A stretch of DNA of 63,983 nucleotides, the filler included. It is 12 parts of 12 records of this genome, joined end to end, with 100 filler letters (N's around TTAATTAATTAA, not from the genome) between each part and the next. Parts side by side here need not be neighbours in the genome. Positions count along the whole stretch, not along the records: positions 1 to 7,089 come from SRR7504441_10476; positions 7,190 to 12,094 come from SRR7504441_10488; 10 more parts are not named here. One strand, 5' to 3'. This document shows, one piece after another, positions 1-12,194 of the stretch; position 1 is the first letter of the stretch, and each line of letters starts with the position of its first letter. Position numbers and translations under genes: made by a program. The notes under the pieces were generated by a model, which did not search any database, was not told the DNA's origin, and worked only from the letters and a program-made list of their open reading frames with translations.

Positions 1-446
1 CCGCTCCGGATCCCCGCCGCAGTCCCGGCTCCCAGGTTCCTCTATGGTTGGGCGGGCAGGGCACTCACCAGCTGAAAACTTCATTGTGCGAGCCTGGACT
101 GGTGTCCTGGGGCGGGACGAACGAAGCTCAACGGCAAGTTGCTGCGGTGCAGCATTCATCAGTCATCACTCAGCAGTGTTGGTGTCTCAATTTTCTGAGC
201 GTTCTGAGCGGCGTGGAGACCGGGCCTCGACTAGCACCAGTCCCATGTCTGCTGCAACGCCCGATGTCTGCATCACTATCCTGCCGCCCTCCAGATCATT
301 GTCCCTACCACCGGCCAGCCCTCGAGCCCTCGTTCATGTAAGTGGACGATCGTGTGACGTTTTTATTGACCGTTCCATCGTTCACGATTGATCGCAAGTG
401 TACGTAATAAATTAAATGTAGTGCAGTAACATTATGGTTCCTCCGC

Positions 447-1250
447 TCAATCGGAAGTGAGGTCGACCACTGCCGGCATGGGATTCCCGGTCCAGCTATC
501 CAAGTCAATAACTTCCACTTTGGCCTGCTTTCGTGGACAATTTTCGTGCGTCTGGCCGCCCCTCTCCCTTTTACACCTACCACCGCTGCTTGGAGCGACC
601 ACAGACCCAAGCTGCTCCAGCTGCTGCCCCACTCGCTTCAGCATCGGGTCCGTGGACAGCGCCAGCGCGTGCGGGATGCAGTACCGCAGCTTGAGCTCTA
701 CTAGCGGCCCTGCCGATTTGTCCGACCGCCACGCGCTCGACTGGTGTGGGCTAGTCCGGGGCATCAGAAGCCCTGCGCCCGCAGCCACCCCCAGCGCCAG
801 CGCCTTCTTGGATTCTGGAACGGTGGCCCGGGCGGGCACGTACGATGCACGGCTAAATGGAGAGGACCGTGATTTACGTAAGCCTCCGGTGTACGTGCAC
901 GGCCAGACCACCAGCCTGCACTCGCCCGTTTGCTGGTTCAGCCGCTGGCCTGGCAGCTGCTGCCCTTCCGAAGTGATCGGCCGGCTAAACACAAATTGCC
1001 GCTCGCCGGCCGGTTCGCGCCAGCCCAGCGCCGTGTATTCGCTGTTCGGTCTCATATGCCGCTTGTGTCCGGTCCTTTGCCCGTCCACGAACAGCTCCAC
1101 CGTGATGTGCCGATCCAGGCTGCGCATTCGAAGGCTGAACTCGGCCCCGGGCTGGACCACCACGAACTGCCCGGCATCGGCGAAGCTGTGCTCGGGCAGG
1201 GTGGACCCGTCCACCACCAGCGCGAGCGTGCACACTGCGGATACAGGCAT
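447..1250 (-). CDS. Hypothetical protein (~267 aa), intronless; probable start MPVSAVC
   Basis: ORF 447..1343 has a globular-looking core (VELFVDGQRTG...FVFSRP) and a basic/SIM-like tail (VEVIDLD, VVDLTSD). An AT-rich 3' region follows the stop. The internal ATG at 1250 avoids overlap with the divergent gene. Confidence 0.5.
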   Translation of the reverse strand: MPVSAVCTLALVVDGSTLPEHSFADAGQFVVVQPGAEFSLRMRSLDRHITVELFVDGQRTGHKRHMRPNSEYTALGWREPAGERQFVFSRPITSEGQQLPGQRLNQQTGECRLVVWPCTYTGGLRKSRSSPFSRASYVPARATVPESKKALALGVAAGAGLLMPRTSPHQSSAWRSDKSAGPLVELKLRYCIPHALALSTDPMLKRVGQQLEQLGSVVAPSSGGRCKRERGGQTHENCPRKQAKVEVIDLDSWTGNPMPAVVDLTSD

Positions 1251-1320
1251 CCAGGCTACATCCACACTCGCCCCTGTCCAGCTGCAGAGGCGGCCGTTTG
1301 AACCGCGCCGCACATGCCTG

Positions 1321-2697
1321 ATGGTGGGGTCGCTGCAGCTCATCGGCGTGCTGCTCTGTGCGGGCTCGCTCGCCGAGCAGCTCCAGCGCCATCCCCCGTC
1401 CTATGCCAGGTTCATGTCGGGCGCACGCCGCGGCAGTCGCAGCGGCTCGGCTGTGTTCCACCCCGCGGACTTCGGCGGCGACCCGTCCGGTGAGCAGGAC
1501 TCGACTGCAGCGGTCCAGCGGGCCATCCAGGCGGCCAGCAGCCAGCGAGTGCCGGGCCACTTCATCGGCAACCTGTCCGACACAGGAGGCAGCACGGTGG
1601 ACCTGCAGGGCGGCGAGTATCGTATCTCCAAAGGGCTGTGGCTGGGCGATGGTGGCGGGATGCGGATCTGCTGTGGCTCGCTGATCGCTGACGGCTCATT
1701 CCCGGTTGACGAGTTCATGCTCAACGCGGGGCACCAGGAGGATATCACAGTCGAAGACGTGGCATTTGAGTGCAACCGGAGGGGCGGCGCGGTGGCCACC
1801 AGCAGCACGCTGCGGGTGCATCTATCGCGAGTGTATGTGGTCCACTTCGCCACGGTTGGTATCCGAGTGTCTCAGGGCCACGAGGTTCACATCGGCGACA
1901 GCTATATCGGCGAGTTCCTGTGGGGCGAGCCCGGCAGTGGCACCGGCACAGCCAGCAACAACCTTACAGCCACTGCAGTTGAAATTGACGGGCAGGATCA
2001 CTGGCTATCGGATCTGATCGTGTTTTCGGCACTGTACGGGATCGTGATCAACGGCGGAGCGCTGGTGCTGACCAATACGCACATTTATAATGGGGGCGAG
2101 GAGGCGCTGCGGGTGATCGGGCATGCAGTTCGCGTGCTGGGGTGCTATTTTGACTTCAATAAGGTGCTCGTGCTGGACCCTGTGGCGGTGGACATCTCGC
2201 ACAGCATGTTTCTTGGAGGGACCGGACTAGAGATCCGCGCAAGCCAACCTGGCGCAGTGCTTAGCGGACTGCATGTGGTGCATAATCAATTTGTCGTCGG
2301 GGCCGCCTCGCACACTGGTCCTTGGGAAGCTATCTACCTGAACGAGACTGCTGGTGTATTCGAGCAGGTCAACGGCACTGTGATTGCGCACAATGCCAAT
2401 CCGCCTGCAACCTATGGCGCCCATGTAGGCCTGAGTCAGCACTTGAAGCAGACTGTGGTGCAGCAGACATTGCAACAGAAGAATGCTACGCTGTGGAGGT
2501 TTGAGCTCCGTGACCGGCTCCTCTTCTCCACAGCTGTGGCCCCTCTGCACGTCACATTTGCTGTGGAGGCGGAGGCGGGTTTCCCCAGAGCGGTGCTGCG
2601 TCCAGTCACGGATGGAGCGGTCGTCATTGAAAGTGAGGTGCCATTTACAGGGGCAGTGCATGTTTCGGTACACCAAGCTGGCAAAGTCCACCATTAG
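1321..2697 (+). CDS. Secreted QRT3-like polygalacturonase / pectate_lyase_3 beta-helix protein
   Basis: The ATG at 1321 is followed by a hydrophobic signal peptide. FHPADFGGDPSGEQDSTAA, DLQGGEYRISK and GSLIADGSFPVDEF resemble the plant QRT3 N-terminus. Beta-helix-like repeats follow. Intronless. Confidence 0.8.
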   Translation: MVGSLQLIGVLLCAGSLAEQLQRHPPSYARFMSGARRGSRSGSAVFHPADFGGDPSGEQDSTAAVQRAIQAASSQRVPGHFIGNLSDTGGSTVDLQGGEYRISKGLWLGDGGGMRICCGSLIADGSFPVDEFMLNAGHQEDITVEDVAFECNRRGGAVATSSTLRVHLSRVYVVHFATVGIRVSQGHEVHIGDSYIGEFLWGEPGSGTGTASNNLTATAVEIDGQDHWLSDLIVFSALYGIVINGGALVLTNTHIYNGGEEALRVIGHAVRVLGCYFDFNKVLVLDPVAVDISHSMFLGGTGLEIRASQPGAVLSGLHVVHNQFVVGAASHTGPWEAIYLNETAGVFEQVNGTVIAHNANPPATYGAHVGLSQHLKQTVVQQTLQQKNATLWRFELRDRLLFSTAVAPLHVTFAVEAEAGFPRAVLRPVTDGAVVIESEVPFTGAVHVSVHQAGKVHH

Positions 2698-3004
2698 CCC
2701 CCAAATCACCCCAAGTAAGCCCCTTGGAAGCTCGTACAAATATATGTTATCATAAGTAACTTAAGTAACTTTAGGGGTTCTAACGTGACTGGAGGGATAG
2801 AGCTCTGGTTTTTAACGCTTGGGCCACAGTTCCATTGGGTGCCGAGATGGTGTGGAACCCGGCGCCCAATGCGGTCACGTTCAAGACTTCCGGCAACCTG
2901 CGAGCACGTTCACGACTTCCGGCAACGGCACACCGGCGGCACCGGAAGAGCGGAAGGGCCAGAGCACACAGGGTTAAAGCTGGCAGACGCAGGCTAGCGG
3001 CTAG

Positions 3005-6000
3005 ATGGCTGACCGGTGGCTGTGCGAGGTGTGCGCCCGGCCGCCCGGGCCGGCCAGCCGTCGGCTACAGGCGCTGCACGGCTGCCTCTCTCCGGATGCC
3101 TCGGTGCCGTACACAATCGGCCTCCGCTGAGCCAGCCCGCAGGTCCGGGTGCCCGCCGAAGCCGCGCTCGCCGCTGCCGGGTGTGCCGCGCGCTCGTCGT
3201 TGAGCCAGCCGGTGGTCAGGTGCCAGCCAGGGCTGGCGGTGCAGCTGCTGGGGCTGGCGCAGCAGCCCGGTGCTCCGCCGCATGCGCCCGGCTCAGCGGC
3301 GTCAGGCCCGCTGGCGGCGCTGGCGGCGACGGTGTTTAAGAACACGGTGCGGTTGTACTGGCCGGACGACGTGACGGTGCCCCGCGGACCGTAGCCGGTG
3401 CCAGGCGGGCAGGTGGCCCCGATCCTCCCACCGGCCGACTGCGACGCGCTCCGAGCGGTCAGGCCCAGCCCGGCGCCGAGCAGCGGGGGCAGGCGATGCT
3501 GCCGGCCCTGGCGGTTGCGCCGGGGGGAGCGGTCAAGCCGCTGGCTGAGGCGAGCGGTGGCAGGCTTTTGCTAAGCAGCAGGGCAGGCAGTCGGGCTCAC
3601 GATCCATCGCGAGCTGCTGCTCTCGGACGACCGGATGGTCCGCCCACAGCCGGCCCGGCCGGACTGGCGGGCAGCTGCGGGCGGCCACTGGAGCGGTCTA
3701 GCGGAGCGGGGCCAGCCGCGTGAGCCTGGGTCAGATCGCGGGCCCAGCGCAGCACAGACTGGCGGCTCTTCACGCCCTGCACTGCCTCAGCCACCGGTTA
3801 GGCCGTCCTGGGCCGAGCTGACTCCGCCCAGCTGGCGGCCGGACCGGTTCGAGTTCAACGACGCTGAGCAGTCGGCCGCAATAGCCGGGCCAATTGTGTG
3901 CGCGGGCCTGGGCGCCGTCTGGCCTGTGCTGAGCGAGTGGCCTGAGCCGACAAGGGCGGTGGTGCTCAAGGCAGCCCCCCGGCGCTCCCGGGCTGACCGG
4001 GCGGCAGCTGGCGACCTCGCTGATCGGGTGCGCGGGGCTGGACGCTCGCCCGCTGGTGGCCCCGGTGAGTGTTCCTGTTGGAGCCGGCTGAGGCCCCAAC
4101 AGATGGCCGGAGTGCTCAGCTGGGCCCGGGAGTCCGCCAAGCTCAGGGCGCCCAAAACGGCGGCTGCCGCCAGCCTGGGGCCAGGTGCGGGCAGCCAAGG
4201 CGTTGCTGTTGGGGCTGCAAGTGCACGGCGTAGACAACGTGCCGGAGATACTCTCAGTGCCGAGCACACACGGCCAAGCCGAGCCCAGCTGCAGGCCTCT
4301 CTGGATGCGGCGCACCAATGCCTCACCCAGGCTCCACCGGTGCCGGCCTCGCTGGCGTCTGCGGCTCTGCAACTGGCCGCTGTGGCCGCCGAATCTGTGG
4401 GAGTCCCCTCGGACCGTGCTGACTGGGGGCAGCTGGGGGCCGAGCCACTGCTTGCCCTGCACCACAACGCCGGGTATGCGCGCCTGGGGCCCTGCCCGAT
4501 GGCCATGCAGATATACGGCTCTGGCGAGTGCGGCGGTGGCGCACAGCAGGTGGACCGGAGAGGACTGTGAGCTGCTGGTGGGGAGCACGGAGGGCGGGCT
4601 GACTTTGTTGGGCAGGAGACAGACCCTGACGAGTTTGGCGAGCGGGAGATGGCTCTGGCTGGTTAGTCCTCCCGCAGCCAGAAGCTCTGCTGAGCCGAGC
4701 CAGGCGACGCCGGATGGGACCACGCGCCCGGGCTCCAGCGATGCTCCTCAAGAGTAGCAGCCTGCGCTCTCGCTAGAGCGGTCTGTCGCTGGCACTCTGG
4801 TGGGCTCAGCCGGGCGCAGCTCGGATGGGACTGGATCGCGCCTCAACTGGCCCCACAGCTCCAGGCAGACCCTGGTTTTGCTGGTCAGTGACCCGATGAC
4901 AGACAGACAAACCTGAGCTGGCTGCCGCGGCCCTGCTGATGCTGGCCGGTGCCGCGCCCGTGCCCAGCTCGGCCAGCCAGGCTGCAGCAATTGGGGCACC
5001 AGAGGAGCTTGGGGCTGTACCACACAGGGCAGCTGAGCTTGCTGTACGCCCCAGCAGTCGATCTGCTGACGAATGGTAGGTGAGCGCGGTGGCTGAACCT
5101 ACGCTGCCGCTACCGCTTCAATTGGCCGGGCTGGTGAGCCGTTTGATGGGGCTTAGCATCACCACCAGATTCAGGTGGCAGCAGCGGCCCTGGCTGCTGC
5201 CCTCTCTCAGGAGCATCTCTGGATGCTTCTGCGGAAGATCACAGTCGCTCTTGGACAACCAGCCCCTTCTGGGATGATGGCCGCAAGGTAACGACTCTGT
5301 GTGAGCCAGCCAACTGCATGCAGGTGCTTTGGGACACTGTGTACTAGTTGCGCAGCCCAGTTGGGCTCCAGTCAGCTTGCTGAGCCGACACAGCAGACCA
5401 TCGAGGTGGCTGTTAGACTGGTCTGGCTGACAGCTATAACCAGGCCATGCTCGTTCGGGCTGCCAACGCTGACCAGCCGCCTGGTCCTGATTGTGCTGCT
5501 GCGGCACTGCGTGGGTGAGCTGTCGATCTCCAGTCAGCCTGACCCTGGCGGGCAGACTGTCCATATTCCCTCAAAGCTTGAACGCGCTGGCTCCTGCTGT
5601 GGTCGCAGCATCGGTGGCGGCAGTCCAGCGCGGGGCAATGTGGAGTACTCTGGACCCCCTCTGTGATGCGGTGTCGGCTCAGATCTGGACTCACCTGATC
5701 TCTTTGCAGGTCGCTTCTGCTCTGCCAGCCATTGGCTCGCTTGAACTTGCAGAGCAGGCCGAAGCCGGGCTGCTGGCCGTAGAGCAGCCGTCCGATTCAG
5801 TATTTAGAGCTCTGGCTGCTGCGCTCAGAATCAGAGCGGCTGGCTCTGCTGCTGTGCCTGGGTCGTACACTCGTTTACTGGAGCGAGCTCTCGAAGCGAG
5901 CTCGACTGGAGCTGCAGCATTGGTCACAGCACTGCTAGCTGCTGCACCGGGCCAGATGTGGAACGAGTCAGTGATGGAGGCCGTTCTAGAGTTCGGGATG

Positions 6001-6081
6001 CGTTTGGTTGGCCAACGGATTACTGAAGTTGCGGCGATCGAGGTGCTGATTAGTTCTGCCCTGGTTGCGACTTACTGCTGA
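3005..6081 (+). CDS. Importin-beta N-terminal (IBN_N)/HEAT-like protein, multi-exon; 3' end uncertain
   Basis: Removing ~36-42 nt GT-AG introns gives MADRWLCEALHGCLSPDASVRVPAEAAL...LAATVFKNTVRLYW, matching the karyopherin-beta N-terminal pattern (LSPD..R..AE..L; FKN.V...W). Downstream exons are Ala/Leu-rich and helical. Confidence 0.5.
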
Positions 6082-7089
6082 GATGGCAGCTACTTGCTCA
6101 GGCTACGACAAGCACCCCGCAGGTGCTTAGCAGAGACTTGTAAGTAACTGAGGGTATTCGTAGCTCTGGGGGAAAGGCTTGATACAAGCTATGGCTGTTC
6201 GGCTTCAACAGGCCGTGAACCGGCCCAATGCTACACCACGGTGAGCAAAGCTGCTTGGGCCTGCTAGTGATATTGATTCTAATGGTGTAGACTCCGACGG
6301 GCTGCTTCGTATTTAATGCAACAATGGGCTCAGCTGTTGAGCTAATATGGACACATGATCCCGGCCATTCCCGGGTCAGCAGGTGATAGAAAAGTGGCAG
6401 AGGTGCTAGTGCGTATCATTTGCATGTACGTATCATTAAAAGCGGGGCAGCTGGCCCAGTCTGTGGGTGCTGGAGAGCAAGTCGCATACTCGCATAATTA
6501 TTCAAGCGGGGTTGCACGCCCGTCGCCGCTTCAAGATATAATTATATTGGTACATGTAATAATTTTATAAGAACGTGCGTCACTCTATAGTTGTTGTAGT
6601 GACCAACTGCTAATGCGGACATCACGTGTTGAGGTGCTGTTCGTTTTATATTTGGAAATTGTCCCGGCTCATGTTTCGCAGACCTCTGCGTTCGAGTCAC
6701 AGACCTTCTCTACCTGGCACAATAGGATCAGACTGCATGCCTAGGACGCAAGAGTCGACTAGTGAGCGTCACCATTCCGGGCACAGTAAAGCTCTCTGTT
6801 GTTCTCTGGTCGGCGCCAACATACACTGGGCCTGAACATTACAGTCAATACCTTCTCTCTGGCATGAGTTCACCAGATGTTGCTCGCGCTCGCAGATAGC
6901 AGTGTCTATAAGTAGTATTTGTGTCGTCAAGGGTGACACAGCGGTAACCCTGAACCCCATGTCAGAGCTTGGTTAGGCGCAAGAAACTAGTAACCTGGCC
7001 ATCGATTGAGTCGCCGAAAAAGTATCGGACCTCAAACTCTCCAGCCTTGCGATAGACATCAAAGCTGAATTGTAATGTTCCATTGCTCA

Positions 7090-7189
7090 NNNNNNNNNNN
7101 NNNNNNNNNNNNNNNNNNNNNNNNNNNNNNNNNTTAATTAATTAANNNNNNNNNNNNNNNNNNNNNNNNNNNNNNNNNNNNNNNNNNNN
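7090..7189. other. Artificial contig linker (N44-TTAATTAATTAA-N44)
   Basis: 100-nt N run containing a six-frame stop cassette. The identical design occurs 11 times in the window. Confidence 0.98.
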
Positions 7190-8442
7190 CCCTCACGTAG
7201 GATGCTCAGCCTGCAGGTGTCGCCTACGTACTTCTGCGAGACCAAGAAGGTGAACGATATCCGCTCGCCCTTGCTGCCCGCCCGCTCGGACCGGCTGGGC
7301 CGGCCGGGCACCGGAAGGAGATTGAGCCATCGTTTGATATCTTGACACCGTCCAGCTCGAGCAGCACGTCATCCGCCCGCAGGACCTATCCCCGCTCCGT
7401 ACAGCCCGACCACAGGTGCACCTCGGCGATCGGCGAAGTCGGGTTAACTCTTTTAATCCGGATTCCACTCTGTTTGGGAGCCATCGCGAGCGAGGAGCGC
7501 AGGTTATCGTTCTCTAGCGTTTGCCACTCGGCTGCGAGCCTGGGGAACCCGGTGTACCGGCCGTTCTGCTCCAGGTCGGTCAGGAAGTGCCCGATCACAG
7601 TAGTCGGGATTATGTAGCCAATGTTCTCGGCGTCGTCGCCCTTGAGTGACTGGAAGGCCACCCCGATGCAATGCCCGGTCATGTCAAACACCGGCCCGCC
7701 CGAGTTGCCCGCGTTGATCGCGGCGTCGATCTGGATCCCGAGCAGCGATGAGTGGTGCCCCTCGGTGTAGCCTTGCATCTCTATCCGCGAGACCACCCCA
7801 CTCGTCACACTGATCGTCTCTCCGCCAATTGGGTACCCGACCACCGTCACTGGGTCCTGCAGACTGGGCAGCTCCCCGAACTCGAGCGGGCGCAAGTCCT
7901 CCCAGAACTCGTCGTCCTCCACCGCCAGCACCGCCAGGTCGCACTCCATGCCCTGGGCCAGCCGTTAGTCCCAGCAGCACGGCCAGCGCGCCTGAGCCAC
8001 CACCCGGGCCAGATGCTTAGTGGGCGAGCCCCGCTTCTTGACCTGCGCCGCCCGTCTGAGCCGCGTGCTCCTGGAGGGGGGGGCGCCTTGACTTGGGTGT
8101 GGTGGTGGATGCAATGCGAGTTGGTCACTATCCGACGGCCTGCCGCCGCCTGACCCGCCGCCCGGTTCGGAGCGCACCGTGGATGGCGAAGCCGGAGCCG
8201 GAGGAGGAGTGCTGCCGCTTCATTTGCCATGGCAGCGAGTAGTTGGGCTCGGCGTGGGTGCAGTACACCTTGAGTACCGACTCCATCCAGGGGAAGTGGT
8301 CGATCAGATCGTCCAGCTCCTCCTCGTCCAGCTCTTCCCCTTCGCCGAGCGAGCTGCCCACTTGGATGAAGCTCGGAGGCGGCTGCTCCTGCTGCTTTCC
8401 CCCGCGCTTGTTCCGCCGCTGCCCCTTGGACGACGACCGCAT
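7190..8442 (-). CDS. DegP/HtrA-family serine protease (plant DEG9/DEG10-like), 3' truncated by contig end
   Basis: Motifs [27 protein letters not shown] (His), ECDLAVL (Asp) and [15 protein letters not shown] (Ser), followed by a PDZ-like region. Introns include 8043-8086 and 7953-7991 (both GC-AG). Confidence 0.92.
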
Positions 8443-8543
8443 CTCGACCTGAGAAGAGACCTCGGACCGGTCCCCCTGGCCCCGACCACACAGCAGCAAA
8501 AACTGCAGCCGGGCGCCGGAGGTTGGTACGAGCGGCGGCTCGA

Positions 8544-11500
8544 ATGACGAGAAAGAAGTCCGGGGGAAGGAGGCGGCTTGATGGGCTGGTCAGCGGCGGC
8601 ATGTCGGGCTCCTTGGCCGGGATCAGCAAGCCCAGCCGGAAGAAGAAGAAGAAGAAGAGCGGGGCCACCTTCGAGGAGACAGTGTACCGGTGCGCCGTGT
8701 GCAGGGTGGACAGCAGCGGCGAGACATCATTCCTCCAGCACCTGCAGGGCCGGGCCCACCGGGCCAAGAACAACGGCAAGCCGGGCTTTGCCGGGCTGAT
8801 CCCCAACGCGGCCGGTCTGATGCCGCACGTGAGCAGCCGGGTGCTCTCAAACAGGCCACCCGAGCAGGCCCCGCTGGAGATCGCCGGCACCGTCTCGGCC
8901 GCGGGCGAGGGCCGGCTGCAGCAGGTGCTCGACCAGATGCCCGCGCTCGATCGAGCCGCCGCTCAGCCTGCCCTGGCCCCGATCCGGCGGGCGCCAGCCC
9001 AGCCACGCAGGTCGGAGCAGCCGGCGATGGTTCCCCCGATGGCCGCCGCGGCCGGGGCGCACGCGGCCGGGCGGCGGGAGCTGCCGGTGTTTGAGTATCG
9101 GGCGCAGATCTTGGAGGCGATAGAGCGGCGGTCAGTGGTCGTGATCGAGGGCGCGACTGGGTGCGGCAAGACGACCCAAGTGCCACAGTTTGTACTCGAG
9201 CACGCCAACGCCACCCGGACCAGCTGCTCGATCATCTGCACCCAGCCCCGCCGGATCAGCGCCATGTCGGTGGCCGAGCGGGTGGCCCAGGAGCGCGGCG
9301 AGCCGTGCGGCGATGTAGTCGGGTACTCGATTAGGCTCGAGAGCAGGACGAGCGCGCGGACCCAGCTGCTGTTCTGCACCACCGGGATCCTGCTCAGGCG
9401 GCTCGAGTCGGATCCGGGGCTGCAGTCGGTGAGCCACGTGTTCGTGGACGAGGTTCACGAGCGCGGGGTCGAGAGTGACTTCCTGCTGCTGCTGCTAAAG
9501 GACTTGATCAAGGCCCGCCCGGACATCAAGGTGGTCCTGATGAGCGCCACCATCAACTCGCAGCTGTTTGCCGAGTACTTTGACGCGGTGAGCTTCAAGG
9601 TGCCCGGGCGCACCTTCCCGGTCCAAGCCGTCTACCTCGAGCAAGCCCTCGAGCTCACCAATCACCGGCTCAACTTCTCAGCTGAGTGGGTCAAGGGCTC
9701 GGCCGCCAACGGCAAGAGGAATCAGCCTGGCGCCAACAGCGAGCCGCAGCTGGAGTTGGCCCGACAGCCGGACTGCGGGCTGAGCCGGCCGGATCTTGAG
9801 CGGCGGTACCCTCATGTGTCAAGCAGTGTTTTGCAAGCGTTGGGAGCTCTGGACCCCGATGCTATCAACTACTCGCTGTGCGTGGACGTGATCGAGTGGC
9901 TGGTCGGCGGCGGGGCAGACAGCCTAGCCCAGCCCCAAGCTGGCAGCCGAGATCCGAGCAGGGAGCGGAGCAGGCGGAGGCGCAGGGAGCGCCATAGAAG
10001 CGCAGATAGGAGCGGCAGTCCAGATAGGCGGCGGCGGCGACGGAGGAGCCGGAGTCGGAGTGCGGGAGAGAGGCGCAGGCGAGACAGGAGCCGAAACAGA
10101 GATAGACGGCGCGGCGATGGCGAGGGGCGTGAAGCGGGAGAGGTAGATAGGCCGGAGAGGAGCACATCGAGGGACAGGAGGCGGCGGCGACGGAGGAGCA
10201 GAAGCCGAGATGGGGACGTGGAGACAGGCCGACGGGACAGGAGCCCAAGCAGAGAGAGACGACACCGTGGCGACCGCAAGGAAGCGGTAGCAGCGCCGAG
10301 GGCTGGGCTTCCGGGCTGTGATGCGATCCTGGTGTTTTTGCCTGGAGTGAAGGAGATCCAAAACTTGCACGAGAGCCTGCTCCGGTCTGGGTGCTTCCGG
10401 GGCAATTCGGAATGGTTGCTGCCCCTGCACGGTGGGCTGCCCCCGGAAGACCAGCGGAGAGTGTTCCAGCGACCGCCGCAAGGGACGAGGAAGGTAGTGC
10501 TGGCCACAAATGTTGCCGAGACTTCAATCACAATTGACGACATCGGATTCGTTGTGGACACGACCAGAATGAAGGAGACTCGGTACGATCCGGCTCGGCG
10601 GCTGTCGAGCCTGGAAGATGTGATGGTCAGTCGTGCCAATGCAAGGCAGCGGCGTGGCCGTGCTGGCCGGGTTGCCCCTGGTGTGTGTGTGCACTTGTTC
10701 ACACAGTACGTGCACGATCACATCGCGGAGGCCCACCAGGCGCCAGAGGTGAAGCGGGTGCCACTCGAGCAACTTGTTTTGCGCATCCACTCTCTGGGCT
10801 TGCCTGGCCGTGCGGCTGAAGTGTGTGCGAGGCTGCTGGAGCCTCCAGCAGAGGAAGCAGTCCGCAGGGCAATTGCAGAGCTGATCAGCATCGGTGCACT
10901 CACCCCTGGTGAGGGTCTCGAGTTGACGCCGCTTGGAGTGCACCTGTCGCGGCTGCCGGTCGACCCTCGTGTCGGCAAGCTGCTGCTCGTAGGCGCAAGC
11001 TTCGGCCCAGTTGCAGTGAACCAGGCGCTCACGCTGGCTGCCTCGCTCTCGGGCCGCAACCCATTCATGTCACCGATGGAGCGGCGAGAAGAGGCTGATC
11101 GTGCCAAGAGGAAGTTCTGCGTCGGCAGCTCGGGGCCGAGCGACCATCTGGCTGTGTTGAATGCTTACAACACGTTCGATCGGCTTCAGGGAGACGCCAA
11201 GTTTTCCTTCTGTCGCGAGAATTTTCTGGGGATTCGGAGCATGCAAGCAATCTCAGGGCTGAAGCGACAGCTGCTTGAGATTCTATCAGATGGCGGCTTT
11301 GTGCGTCCTGGGCTTCACTCTCGTGCTGTGGAGCGCGAGGGCGGCTATGACGACTCGGATGGTGTCCGCAGGGCGCTGGTTGGAGCAAGCATTGAACCAG
11401 AGCAGGATCCTGCGAGCCACCAAGCATTCATCACGGCACTTCTGTGCGCTGCACTCTTCCCACAGGTGGTCTCTGTTGTTCACGAGTCCAGTGGCAAGAA

Positions 11501-12094
11501 GAAGAAGGCGAGCACTGCTAAGCCCGGCCAGGCCAAGTTTTTAATCAGAGAGCCCGGCAGCGATGATCCGGTGCAGGTCAGCATCCATCCATCCAGCGTC
11601 GTCTCCAAGGTGAACCAGTGGCCAACTCCGTATTTGGTTTACCACGAACTCGTCCGCACAACCAAATTGTACGTGAGAGATGCTACTCCGGTCCCACCGC
11701 TCGCACTTGTGCTATTTGGAGGAAACCTCTCTGCAGGGAAACGGCAGAAGGCCACGAATGGGCTTGTCACCCTATCAGTTGATGGCTGGATCAAGTTTGC
11801 CGTCCCACAGCAGCTGCAGAGCTTGCTAGTTGAAACTCGGCTCCAGCTTGATGCTGTGTTTAAGCGCAAGATTGAGGACCCTTCGAGCCAGTTTGGCGCG
11901 GGTGAGGTTCTTCTGCAAGCGGTGGTGCAGCTGCTGGCAGATGCCTCGACATTGCCGCCTGCAGGGACCGGGCCGCCTCGCAATATGACCAAGGCTCAGC
12001 AGTGGGGCGAGCAGATGTCGATCAACGGCCGGCTCCAGAACCAGACAAGCGGGCACCCGGGCAGCAGCAGTGGATTAGTAGCACAGATGGGCGC
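8544..12094 (+). CDS. DEAH-box RNA helicase, DHX57/DHX36/DHX29 family, with N-terminal C2H2 zinc finger; 3' truncated
   Basis: Motifs [49 protein letters not shown] and QRRGRAGR, plus HA2 and OB-fold regions. CAVC...HLQGRAH zinc finger. Intronless over 3.5 kb. Confidence 0.93.
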
Positions 12095-12194
12095 NNNNNN
12101 NNNNNNNNNNNNNNNNNNNNNNNNNNNNNNNNNNNNNNTTAATTAATTAANNNNNNNNNNNNNNNNNNNNNNNNNNNNNNNNNNNNNNNNNNNN
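12095..12194. other. Artificial contig linker
   Basis: N run with TTAATTAATTAA. Confidence 0.98.

Noticed and set aside
457-1320. N-terminal 288 aa of the 746-aa ORF 457..2697
   Set aside because: This is the antisense shadow of the minus-strand gene. The real protein most likely starts at the signal peptide at ATG 1321.
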